A DNA stretch of 32,000 nt from Candidatus Nanopusillus sp. (GTDB lineage: Archaea; Nanobdellota; Nanobdellia; Nanobdellales; Nanobdellaceae), in NCBI GenBank assembly GCA_028276785.1, contig JAPYVP010000004.1, positions 15,803-47,802 of the forward strand, in the 5' to 3' direction. Shown piece after piece: positions 1 to 8,835 of this stretch. Under the pieces are notes generated by a model. The model had not been told where the DNA came from. It searched no databases and worked only from the letters and a program-made list of their open reading frames with translations. Every line of letters begins with the position of its first letter. Position 1 is the stretch's first letter. The translations under genes and the position numbers were made by a program.

Positions 1-545
1 CTCCAAGACACTCCTTGCATTTGATTATACCAGGTCCAGTTTGAAAATTTATCCCATGTTTCAAATCCATATAATTTGTATACGCATGTTAAATATTGTG
101 CTGTTAGATTTGCATATGGATGTATCTGATATAATGGAAAATTAACAAATACCCATGCTATCTTTCCATTGTCTATATAATTTTGTCTAATTTGTGAGAA
201 TGTTTGTAAGTGAAATAGATCACAATATGGACATTGAAAATCGGAAAATTCATATACAATAACATTTACATTATTTGGATTTCCATATACCGGATCTATA
301 TCAGAAATATTTGGCAATGGTGCCTGTGGTAATGTTTGCAAATATGCCTGCAATTGATTTGAAGAACTACTAGATGATCCATATATTTTTATATTCGATA
401 TTGAATTGGCTATGACATAAGATCCCATAATTACTGAGATCGCCAAAATTATAAATCCAATTATTATTGATTTCTCCACAGTAATATTAAACTTCCATTC
501 CTTCTTTTCATTATTTTCTTTATTTTTTTCTTTTTCTATTTCCAT
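1..545 (-). CDS. DsbA/thioredoxin-fold thiol:disulfide oxidoreductase, membrane-anchored (3' end cut by window edge)
   Basis: Hand translation of the minus strand from the ATG at 545 gives MEIEKEKNKENNEKKEWKFNITVEKSIIIGFIILAISVIM..., one N-terminal TM helix. It continues ...IDPVYGNPNNVNVIVYEFSDFQCPYC..., a CxxC redox motif in DsbA-like context. The frame stays open to position 1. A TATA-like box lies about 28 nt upstream of the ATG. Confidence 0.7.
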   Translation of the reverse strand, partial: MEIEKEKNKENNEKKEWKFNITVEKSIIIGFIILAISVIMGSYVIANSISNIKIYGSSSSSSNQLQAYLQTLPQAPLPNISDIDPVYGNPNNVNVIVYEFSDFQCPYCDLFHLQTFSQIRQNYIDNGKIAWVFVNFPLYQIHPYANLTAQYLTCVYKLYGFETWDKFSNWTWYNQMQGVSW

Positions 546-584
546 TTAGAATATCTTAATAAGAAAGATTTATATTTGTTTAAA

Positions 585-728
585 TTACTTACTTTCAAGT
601 AAATAAAATATCCCCATTATAAATGGTATTATTGATAGACTTATTGAATATGTTAATAGATAAGTCAAAACTCCCAAAAAGATTATTATTCCAAATATTA
701 TCATATCTTTTTTATTTATTTTTATCAT
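585..728 (-). CDS. Small hypothetical membrane protein (47 aa, two hydrophobic segments)
   Basis: Not in the ORF track (under 60 aa). Hand translation: MIKINKKDMIIFGIIIFLGVLTYLLTYSISLSIIPFIMGIFYLLESK*. The minus-strand TATATAAAA (750-758) is centred 26 nt upstream of the ATG, the same spacing as confirmed genes. Confidence 0.4.
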   Translation of the reverse strand: MIKINKKDMIIFGIIIFLGVLTYLLTYSISLSIIPFIMGIFYLLESK

Positions 729-749
729 GAATATTGTTTTATAGAAACA

Positions 750-758
750 TTTTATATA
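750..758 (-). promoter_or_regulatory. TATA-like box for the 47-aa membrane ORF
   Basis: Plus-strand ttttatata equals minus-strand TATATAAAA, centred 26 nt upstream of the ATG at 728. Confidence 0.4.
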
Positions 759-765
759 CTTTTTT

Positions 766-777
766 AAATATATAAAA
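766..777 (+). promoter_or_regulatory. TATA-like box for ileS (leaderless spacing)
   Basis: aaatatataaaa is centred about 27 nt upstream of the ileS ATG (799). It sits back-to-back with the divergent box at 750-758. Confidence 0.45.
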
Positions 778-798
778 TTATGGTAGAATATCGGATCT

Positions 799-3700
799 AT
801 GAACGTAAATTGGAATAGAAATATAGAAGAGGAGATAAAAAAATTCTGGAAAGAAAATTATATATATGAAAAATGGGTTTTAAAGAATGAGAAAAATAAA
901 AAATATATATTTCTAGAGGGTCCACCATATACAACTGGTTCTCCACATATGGGACATGCATATAATAGAACAATTAAAGATATTGTATTGAGATATTACC
1001 AAAAGAAAGGATTTAATGTGTGGAATCAGGCTGGTTTTGATATGCACGGATTGCCAATTGAAGTAAAAGTTGAAGAAAAATTAAAGATTAGGGATAAAAG
1101 AGAGATAGAGAAAATTGGTGTTGATAAATTTATTAGAGAATGTTTTAACTTTGCGTATGGATCAATGAAAGAATTTACAAAATTTTACGAAGATATGGCA
1201 CACTGGCAAGATATAGATAATCCATATTTACCAATTAAGAATGAGTTTATTGAAAAAGTATGGGAAGCATTAGCAAAAGGTTATGAAAATAAGCTAATAT
1301 ATAAAGAAAAGAAGCCTGTTTGGTGGTGTCCTCATTGTCAAACATCATTATCAAAACAAGAAATAGATTTGGGATATGAAGATCCTTTATATAAAAAAGA
1401 GATTTCAAACTCAATCTATGTAAAATTTAAGTCAAAAGATATGGAAAATACATATTATATAATTTGGACAACAACTCCATGGACTTTATTATATAATTTG
1501 GGTATTATGGTAAATCCAGAATTAAAATATGTAAAAATAAAAGTTCCAAAGATATACATTGAAGAACTAGAAGTAGATTATAATAATCATAAAATTATAA
1601 AAATGAATATAAAGAGAGAAAATAGTTATGAATATTGGATTGTTGCGAAAGATGCATTAGAAAAAATAATGAGTAAATTAAATATTGAATATGAAATAGT
1701 AGATGAATTTTATGGAAAAGATTTAGAATTTAAAGAATACGAACCTTTGTTCCGTGATGAATTAAAAGATTATATAGAAAAGTTTAAATCTGAAAGTAGT
1801 GGAATATTTAGGATTTGGTTATCTAAAGAATATGTAAATACTCAAGAAGGTACTGGTTTAGTCCATTCAGCCCCGGGCTGTGGTTTTGAAGATTATGAAG
1901 TTGCTAAAAAATATAATGTTCCACCATTCAATACAACTGATGAAACAGGAACTATTTTAGATATAAAATATTTTGAAGGATGGGTTGCAAAGAAAGATGA
2001 TTATAAATTTATATTAGAAGTATTAAAGAAGAAAGCCCTGGTATACTTTGAATGGTATGAACATGATTATCCAATATGTTGGAGATGTAGAAATAGAGTA
2101 ATTGTTAGATCTCCAGAACAAATATTCATTAATATATCTTTAATAAAACCAAAAGCATTATTAGATATTGAAAATGTTAATTTTGTACCTGAAGCAGCAA
2201 AAAATGCATTTATAAATATTGTAAAATCCGCACCAGATTGGGTAATATCTAGACAAAGATATTGGGGAATTCCAATACCAATGTGGGTTGATAAAAATGG
2301 ACATGTAAAATTTGTTAGAAATGTTGAAGAATTGGAAAAATTAACTGGACATAAATTTAAGGAAATAATAATAGTAATAAAGTTTACAGATTATGCTGAA
2401 AAATTATTGTCAAGATATTTTAAAGAAAATAAAATATATTATGAGGATGAAATAAATGATATAAATAAACTCTACGAGATATTTAATAAATATGAAAACA
2501 AATCCATAGTAATTGTAAATAAGTTTAAAGAAGATATATTAAACCAGGTAAATGATCTATACTATGTAAGAACATATGGGTCAAGAGATTACGAAATAAT
2601 ATATTTATATAATTACAATTTACATAGACCATATGTAGATAAATTTACATTCAAATGTGAAAAATGTGGAGAAGAAATGAAAAGAATTCCAGATATATTA
2701 GATGTATGGGTTGATTCTGGTTCAGCAACAGTTGCAACAGATATATATCCCGTAGATTTCATAACAGAAAATTATGACCAAATTAAGGGATGGTTTTATT
2801 CTTTAGCAATGATTGGAGAATTATATTACAACAATATACCATATAAAAATGTATATGTTGGTGGATATGTTTTAGATGCATATGGAAGAAAAATGTCAAA
2901 ATCTTTAGGAAATGCTGTTTCTCCATATGATATAATTAATAAGTATGGGGCGGATACTATGAGATTATATTTAGGATCTATTGTAGAAGCTTATGAGGAT
3001 ATAAAATTAAAATGGGAAGATATAAAAGTAAAATATCAGGTATTAAATATATTATTAAATATTTCAACATATTTAGAAGAATATTCTAAATATTACAATA
3101 TAAATCCAGCAAAAGTAAATGTAGAAAATTTAAGATGGGAAGATAAATATATGTTACATTTCATAGAAAAAAGCAAAAAAGAGATATACAATGCGTTAGA
3201 TAATTATTTAATATGGAAAGCTGGAAGAATATTACAAGATATGATACTAGAATTATCAAGATTTTATATAAAAGCAACAAGAGAAAGAATAAAGAGAGAA
3301 CCTGAAAAAGTATTATTTGTAATATATAAATCTCTATATAATATAATAAATATAGGATCTATTATAGTTCCATTTATTTCCGAATATATCTATCAAAAAT
3401 TGAGAAATTTATACAAATTGGAAGGTGAATCAATAATTTTAGAAGACTTACCAAAAGTTGAAGAACAACATATAAATGAAAAAATAGAAAAAGAATATGA
3501 ACTATTTAATATAATTGTTGAAAATGCATTAAAACTAAGAAATATGATAAATATAAATATAAGAAGGCCATTGAAAACATTATATTTATATAAAGATGAT
3601 GGAGGCATTTTATTTGAAATTTTAAATAATAATGATATTGTAGAATTATTAAAAGATTACTTGAATGTAAAAGAAATAAAGATTGATAATGTAGAAAAGG

Positions 3701-4026
3701 ATTATGTAACTGCACAAACCGATTACGGAGTTATAAAAATAGGGTTCGATATTAAATATTATCCAGAATTGGAAGAAGAATGGTTATATAGAGAAATAAG
3801 AAGGAGATTACAAGATATAAGAAAGGAAAACAAATTAAGAAAAGGTCAAAAGGCAAATATAGAAATATACGCTGATGAAAAGCTATTAAATATAATAAGA
3901 AAATATAAAGATATCTTAGAAAAGGATACAGATACCATAATAATAATAAAGGACTCAAGAGATGGTTTAAACAATGTAGAAAGAATATATGAAATGAGTA
4001 TATATTATAGGCTAAATATTTTATAA
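799..4026 (+). CDS. ileS: Isoleucyl-tRNA synthetase (class Ia)
   Basis: 1075 aa. HIGH-type motif PHMGHAYN and archaeal IleRS-like GFDMHGLPIEVKVE. CP1 editing-domain signatures WTTTPWTL and GTGLVHSAPGCGFEDYEV. KMSKS motif present, plus the LHRPYVD...C..CG...R.PD.LDVW.DSG block. Confidence 0.93.
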   Translation: MNVNWNRNIEEEIKKFWKENYIYEKWVLKNEKNKKYIFLEGPPYTTGSPHMGHAYNRTIKDIVLRYYQKKGFNVWNQAGFDMHGLPIEVKVEEKLKIRDKREIEKIGVDKFIRECFNFAYGSMKEFTKFYEDMAHWQDIDNPYLPIKNEFIEKVWEALAKGYENKLIYKEKKPVWWCPHCQTSLSKQEIDLGYEDPLYKKEISNSIYVKFKSKDMENTYYIIWTTTPWTLLYNLGIMVNPELKYVKIKVPKIYIEELEVDYNNHKIIKMNIKRENSYEYWIVAKDALEKIMSKLNIEYEIVDEFYGKDLEFKEYEPLFRDELKDYIEKFKSESSGIFRIWLSKEYVNTQEGTGLVHSAPGCGFEDYEVAKKYNVPPFNTTDETGTILDIKYFEGWVAKKDDYKFILEVLKKKALVYFEWYEHDYPICWRCRNRVIVRSPEQIFINISLIKPKALLDIENVNFVPEAAKNAFINIVKSAPDWVISRQRYWGIPIPMWVDKNGHVKFVRNVEELEKLTGHKFKEIIIVIKFTDYAEKLLSRYFKENKIYYEDEINDINKLYEIFNKYENKSIVIVNKFKEDILNQVNDLYYVRTYGSRDYEIIYLYNYNLHRPYVDKFTFKCEKCGEEMKRIPDILDVWVDSGSATVATDIYPVDFITENYDQIKGWFYSLAMIGELYYNNIPYKNVYVGGYVLDAYGRKMSKSLGNAVSPYDIINKYGADTMRLYLGSIVEAYEDIKLKWEDIKVKYQVLNILLNISTYLEEYSKYYNINPAKVNVENLRWEDKYMLHFIEKSKKEIYNALDNYLIWKAGRILQDMILELSRFYIKATRERIKREPEKVLFVIYKSLYNIINIGSIIVPFISEYIYQKLRNLYKLEGESIILEDLPKVEEQHINEKIEKEYELFNIIVENALKLRNMININIRRPLKTLYLYKDDGGILFEILNNNDIVELLKDYLNVKEIKIDNVEKDYVTAQTDYGVIKIGFDIKYYPELEEEWLYREIRRRLQDIRKENKLRKGQKANIEIYADEKLLNIIRKYKDILEKDTDTIIIIKDSRDGLNNVERIYEMSIYYRLNIL

Positions 4027-4048
4027 GTTTTTATTAGATTTATTAAAA

Positions 4049-4642
4049 ATGGTTACATGGGAGATATCGAACGCCGTTGTTACAATATATTTTAATGTAA
4101 GGTTACCATTAGATAAAATTGCAAATTTAATTCCTTATGCTCAATATGATCCAGAAACCTTTCCTGGATTGATTATACCATTAAAGGGGGGCGGAGGTAA
4201 AGAAGAAAATATTAAAGCACTAGTATTTAATAGTGGAACAATAAATATATCTGGAATAAAAAGATTAGAAGATATAGAATATGTAGCAAAAAAATTAAGA
4301 GAATTATTTAAACAAATTGATATAGAACTTCCAAAAGATTATAAAATAAAGGTACAAAACATTGTTGTAAATGGAAAATTTGATTATGATAATATAGATA
4401 TAGTAAGATTGGCAGATGAAGTACCAGATTCTCAATATAATCCAGAAGCTTTCCCAGCTGTTACTGTTGTGTTTGATGTATCTGAAAATTATAGAGTAAA
4501 ATTTAACGTATTCAAAAATGGAAAATTTGTATGTCCTGGATTAAAGGGAGAATTTAATAGTTTTGATGAAATTAGACGACATGTAGATTATGTATTAAAT
4601 TCATTCCAAGAAAAAGTAATAAAAAAATATGCGAAAAAATAG
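4049..4642 (+). CDS. tbp: TATA-box binding protein (divergent)
   Basis: 197 aa with two internal repeats. Each carries the TBP signature (YDPETFPGLI...SGTINISGIK and YNPEAFPAVTV...NGKFVCPGLK). A GGGGKEEN insertion lies in repeat 1. Confidence 0.85.
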   Translation: MVTWEISNAVVTIYFNVRLPLDKIANLIPYAQYDPETFPGLIIPLKGGGGKEENIKALVFNSGTINISGIKRLEDIEYVAKKLRELFKQIDIELPKDYKIKVQNIVVNGKFDYDNIDIVRLADEVPDSQYNPEAFPAVTVVFDVSENYRVKFNVFKNGKFVCPGLKGEFNSFDEIRRHVDYVLNSFQEKVIKKYAKK

Positions 4643-4653
4643 CTTATAAATAT
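4643..4653 (+). promoter_or_regulatory. TATA-like box for psmB (leaderless spacing)
   Basis: cttataaatat is centred 26 nt upstream of the psmB ATG (4674). Confidence 0.45.
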
Positions 4654-4673
4654 ATTTTATTATACATAAAACT

Positions 4674-5291
4674 ATGACAGAATCGTCGGGAACAACAATT
4701 GTTGCAATAAAATTTAAGGATGGGGTATTAATTGCATCGGATAAACAATCAACGGCAGGAATGCTAGTATATCATAAGAAAGTACAAAAATTACATCAAA
4801 TTACCGATAATATATTAATGGGGGCTGCTGGTTTAGTTGGTGATATTCAAGCTTTAGTAAAGATATTACAGGCAAACTTAAAATTAAAATATTTGAGATC
4901 AAAAAACGAACCAACTGCAGAGGAAGCCGCAAATTTTCTAGCTACATTAATGAACTATTATAAATGGTTCCCATTCTTTTCAGAAGTAATAATTGTTGGA
5001 AAAGATAACAATGGTTATCATATATATTCAATAGATGAGGCGGGAGGATTAGAAAAATTTGATAACTTTACATCTACGGGTTCTGGAATGATGTTTGCTT
5101 TAGGTGTATTAGAAGCAGAATATAAAGAGAATATGAGTGAAGAAGAAGCAAAAGAATTAGCAAAAAAAGCAGTATTATCAGCTATAAAAAGAGATTTGGG
5201 ATCTGGATATGGCATTGAGATTTGGACATTAACAAAAGAAGGATTAAAGAAGGAGCTTTATGAGGTAAAAGAAGAATTGCAGAAAAAATAA
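4674..5291 (+). CDS. psmB: Proteasome subunit beta
   Basis: 205 aa. Short propeptide MTESSG followed by TTIVAIKFKDGVLIASDK (catalytic N-terminal Thr context). GSG motif and length are typical of the archaeal beta subunit. Confidence 0.9.
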   Translation: MTESSGTTIVAIKFKDGVLIASDKQSTAGMLVYHKKVQKLHQITDNILMGAAGLVGDIQALVKILQANLKLKYLRSKNEPTAEEAANFLATLMNYYKWFPFFSEVIIVGKDNNGYHIYSIDEAGGLEKFDNFTSTGSGMMFALGVLEAEYKENMSEEEAKELAKKAVLSAIKRDLGSGYGIEIWTLTKEGLKKELYEVKEELQKK

Positions 5292-5336
5292 TTTTTTAAA
5301 TTTTATAATTAATTATAAAAGGTATTTACATTATTT

Positions 5337-7190
5337 ATGATGAACATTAAAGAAGAATTATTAAAGGAATTCCAATCAAAGGATATAAATAAGATAATAT
5401 TTGAAGGACCAAAGATAGTGATATATGTAAACAATGTAGATTTATTTATTAGAGGAATTGAAATAGGAAAAAATTTTGCACAAAAATATAAAAAAAGGAT
5501 AGAAATAAGGGTAAATCCAAAATTATTGAGGGGAGAAGAATATATTAAAGAAAAAGTAAAGGAAATATTAAATGGAATAAAAATAAAGGATGTTTATCTT
5601 GAAAAACATAGATCTACATTATATATTGAAACTTATGAACCAGAAAAAATTGATTTAAATTTAATAAATAAATTAAGGGAAGAAACTCTATGTAATATTA
5701 TAATACAAAGAGCTCCATTAAAATCCTCAAAAATAATAAATGTTGTTAGGGCATATTTACATAAAAATTCTTTGTATAAATCTGAATTTTTAAATAAAGT
5801 TGGAGAAAAAATATTAGAAAGAAAACCACAAAGGTTAGATCATTATAGAATTGCTTTTTTAGGTGCTGGAAGGGAGGTTGGAAGGTCTTCATTTTTATTA
5901 CAAACAAGGGAAAGTAATATTTTATTAGATTGTGGCCTAGGTGCTGGAAATTATTCAGAAGATAGATATCCAATGTTAAATATACCAGAATTTGATATAC
6001 AAAATTTGGATGCTGTAATTATTTCACATGCACATTTAGATCATGTAGGATTTATCCCATACTTATTTAGAATTGGATGGAGAGGACCGGTTTATTTAAC
6101 AGAACCAACAAGAGATGTTGCGGCTTTAGTTTTATTAGATTATTTAAAAGTGAGCAATAAACAGAGCAAAAATCCAATATTTACAACAAAAGAAATTAAA
6201 TTATTTTTAAAACATTCTATTACATTAAATTATTCTGAAGTAACGGATATAACCAGTGACATAAAGATATCATTTCATAATGCAAATCATATAATTGGAT
6301 CTTCAATGGTTCATATAAACATTGAAGGAAAACATAACATACTATATACCGGAGATTATAAATTCAATAAAATGCCTTTATTAGAAAGACCGAACACCAT
6401 ATATCAAAGATTAGAAACGTTAATAATTGAAAGTACATATGGGGGGTTTAATGATAAACATCCATCAAGAGAAGAAACTGAAGCATTATTTATTCATGAT
6501 ATAAAAGAAACAATTGAAAGGGGAGGAAAAGTATTAATACCAGTATTAGCAGTAGGAAGAGGACAAGATGTTTTATTAACATTAATAAATGCAATTGAAA
6601 ATAAAATATTGCCAGAAGTAAATATATATTTAGAAGGAATTGTTTGGGAAACATCGATGATTCATACAGCATATCCAGAATTTTTAAGTAAAGAAATTAA
6701 AGAAAAAATAGAATCTGGAAAAAATCCTTTTGAAAGAGAAAATGTAATAAGAGCAAGTAAACATGAAAGAGAACAAATTATGACATCTAATGAGCCTTCA
6801 ATAATAATTGCAACTTCTGGTATGATGCAGGGAGGTCCCATACTGGATTATTTTAGTTATGCTGCAGAAGATGAAAAAAATTTATTAGCTTTCGTTTCAT
6901 ATCAGGCACAGGGTACTTTGGGTAGAACAATATTAGATGGTCAAAGAGAGATTGTACTAAATGATAGAAAAATAAATGTAAAAATGAAAGTAAATAGATA
7001 TGAAGGTTTTTCTGGTCATGCAGATCATTTTGAAGCAATATCTTTTATTAAATATTTAAGACCAAAACCAAAACAAGTTATTACAGTACATGGTGAAATT
7101 CCAAAACCATATGAACTATCATCAAAGATATATAAAAAATTTGGAATATATTCATATGCTCCAAAAAATGGTGATATAATTAGATTATAA
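5337..7190 (+). CDS. aCPSF1: aCPSF1-type beta-CASP ribonuclease with N-terminal KH domains (archaeal transcription termination/RNA processing factor family)
   Basis: 617 aa. The N-terminal about 170 aa are KH-like. Metallo-beta-lactamase motif HAHLDHVG is present. The beta-CASP region ends in ...FSGHADH...VHGE. Confidence 0.9.
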   Translation: MMNIKEELLKEFQSKDINKIIFEGPKIVIYVNNVDLFIRGIEIGKNFAQKYKKRIEIRVNPKLLRGEEYIKEKVKEILNGIKIKDVYLEKHRSTLYIETYEPEKIDLNLINKLREETLCNIIIQRAPLKSSKIINVVRAYLHKNSLYKSEFLNKVGEKILERKPQRLDHYRIAFLGAGREVGRSSFLLQTRESNILLDCGLGAGNYSEDRYPMLNIPEFDIQNLDAVIISHAHLDHVGFIPYLFRIGWRGPVYLTEPTRDVAALVLLDYLKVSNKQSKNPIFTTKEIKLFLKHSITLNYSEVTDITSDIKISFHNANHIIGSSMVHINIEGKHNILYTGDYKFNKMPLLERPNTIYQRLETLIIESTYGGFNDKHPSREETEALFIHDIKETIERGGKVLIPVLAVGRGQDVLLTLINAIENKILPEVNIYLEGIVWETSMIHTAYPEFLSKEIKEKIESGKNPFERENVIRASKHEREQIMTSNEPSIIIATSGMMQGGPILDYFSYAAEDEKNLLAFVSYQAQGTLGRTILDGQREIVLNDRKINVKMKVNRYEGFSGHADHFEAISFIKYLRPKPKQVITVHGEIPKPYELSSKIYKKFGIYSYAPKNGDIIRL

Positions 7191-7212
7191 AATTTTTTTA
7201 AAAGAAGAATAA

Positions 7213-7827
7213 ATGATTAAAAAATATAGATATATTGCTATAGAGGGTATTGATGGATCTGGAAAAACAACAATTGCAAACTTATTATACAATGAATTAT
7301 CTAAAAAATATAATAAGGTAATATTAATGAAAGAACCATATGATAATGATTTATCTAAAAAAATAAAAGAAATAATTTCAAAAGAGCATGAAAAAAATTT
7401 AGATTATGGATATCTATTGGCATTATTATTTACTGCAGATAGAAGTATAAAAAATATTGATTTAAAGAAATATTTAAGCACTGGTTATATTGTTATTTCT
7501 GATAGAAGTATTTACTCTACATTTTCTTATCAAATTTTATATGAAGGGATGGACATTGAATGGTTAAAATGTATATCAAAATATATAATTAGACCAGATA
7601 TTACATTTATATTAGATATTGATCCGAAAATTGCAATAGAGAGAATAAATTTAAGGAGTAAAAGTACTTCAAGTTATGAAAATGTTGAATTTCTAAAAAA
7701 GGTAAGAGAAAATTTCTTAAAGTTGAAGGAAATATTTCCAGAAGATAATATAATTTACATTAATGGAGAAGAAAAACCTGAAGAAATATTATATAAAATA
7801 TTAAATATAATTGAAAACTATATTTAA
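7213..7827 (+). CDS. tmk: Thymidylate kinase
   Basis: 204 aa. P-loop IAIEGIDGSGKTT, then the DR motif (FTADRS / ISDRSIYS), typical of dTMP kinase. Confidence 0.85.
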   Translation: MIKKYRYIAIEGIDGSGKTTIANLLYNELSKKYNKVILMKEPYDNDLSKKIKEIISKEHEKNLDYGYLLALLFTADRSIKNIDLKKYLSTGYIVISDRSIYSTFSYQILYEGMDIEWLKCISKYIIRPDITFILDIDPKIAIERINLRSKSTSSYENVEFLKKVRENFLKLKEIFPEDNIIYINGEEKPEEILYKILNIIENYI

Positions 7828-7891
7828 GCATTATCTTATATTTAACCCCATATAAACTTTACTATTATATTTTATAAAGTTTCAAAAATCT

Positions 7892-8455
7892 CTAAATTAA
7901 AAATCTGAACAATTCAATTATTTTAATATTTGATATCAAAGGATTTAATAATTCAGAAAAATTAAAGATAGAACTAAAAAATAAGTAAAAAATATAAGAT
8001 AAAATTATAGAAAAGAATGCATCCGATAACCAGTGCTTTATAGTAATAATTCTTAATATTGGAGTTATTAATACCAAAATATTACCTGTTATTATAAAGG
8101 ATAATGTTGCAATTATTGTATGTTCACTTGGAAAAGAGTGATTCTCATGAACCAATATAGCAAATCTTTTATCAAAGAAATAGTATGGTCTTTTTCTACC
8201 AAATATTAATTTCAATAAATAAGTTATTGCTGTAGATATAATAAAAAGAAAAATATAGCCAAAATCGATGAAAAATACTATATATAAAATGAAATATAAA
8301 TTTATTAAATATGAAATTGTATCAATTATATAAACAAGCACCAATTTATCTTTTAATTTTTTATAGAAATATTCTGATATTTTATAATCAATTATAAATA
8401 TTTTATTAAGCAATATTAAATTATTATTTCTCATAAATCTATTATACAAACCCAT
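7892..8455 (-). CDS. PAP2-family membrane phosphatase
   Basis: 187 aa polytopic membrane protein. It carries the three PAP2 motifs in order: GRKRP, SFPSEHT, and IKHWLSD. Confidence 0.7.
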   Translation of the reverse strand: MGLYNRFMRNNNLILLNKIFIIDYKISEYFYKKLKDKLVLVYIIDTISYLINLYFILYIVFFIDFGYIFLFIISTAITYLLKLIFGRKRPYYFFDKRFAILVHENHSFPSEHTIIATLSFIITGNILVLITPILRIITIKHWLSDAFFSIILSYIFYLFFSSIFNFSELLNPLISNIKIIELFRFLI

Positions 8456-8542
8456 CTTTTATATAGTTATAGCCGTATTACCTAAAGATAAATATAACCC
8501 ATCACTTATGATTTATAGTTTATGAGTATTATCTAACTGTGT

Positions 8543-8641
8543 TGAAAACTTATAAATTTCAAAATAGCATATTATAGGAATCAATTTCTGAAATTAATTT
8601 TTTGGCTATATATATACTACTTTGAAATTTATAAGTTTTCA
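8543..8641. repeat. 28-bp imperfect inverted repeat (26/28 match, 21 bp perfect core) with a 43-nt spacer
   Basis: The left arm is tgaaaacttataaatttcaaaatagcat (8543-8570). The reverse complement of the right arm (8614-8641) is tgaaaacttataaatttcaaagtagtat. Checked base by base. Confidence 0.85.
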
Positions 8642-8835
8642 TATAAGTTAAACATATAAATCTTTTTATTTTCAATTTATAAAATTTTGCTCATAGTAAT
8701 GAGAAATACATATATTAGTAGTTACGTAGGAATAGATAAATTCCACAAATGAAATAACTATTCCATAGTTGTATCACAAGTTGATATTAACAGATAATAA
8801 AATTCTATCCAGAATTTTATGACTATATATAATTT

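Noticed and set aside
3393-3958. Three antisense ORFs inside ileS (3393-3608, 3506-3715, 3752-3958, minus strand)
   Set aside because: They lie wholly inside a confidently identified gene. Their translations are low-complexity Phe/Leu/Ile/Tyr strings, typical of the antisense strand of Lys/Glu/Asn-rich AT-rich coding sequence. The same reasoning applies to track ORFs at 5018-5215, 5746-5973, 6490-6672, 6853-7038, 9648-9839, 11710-11958, 14144-14338, 15495-15758, 16447-16644, 18053-18325, 19854-20054, 20796-21059, 21598-21916, 21949-22359, 23892-24131, 24297-24512, 25791-25988, 26151-26393, 27417-27602, 29282-29536 and 31320-31511.
8456-8835. CRISPR array or C/D-box sRNA in the long gaps (also 23112-23440 and the other gaps)
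   Set aside because: There are no regularly spaced direct repeats of 24-40 bp. I found no RUGAUGA C box paired with a CUGA D box at appropriate spacing on either strand of the gaps.
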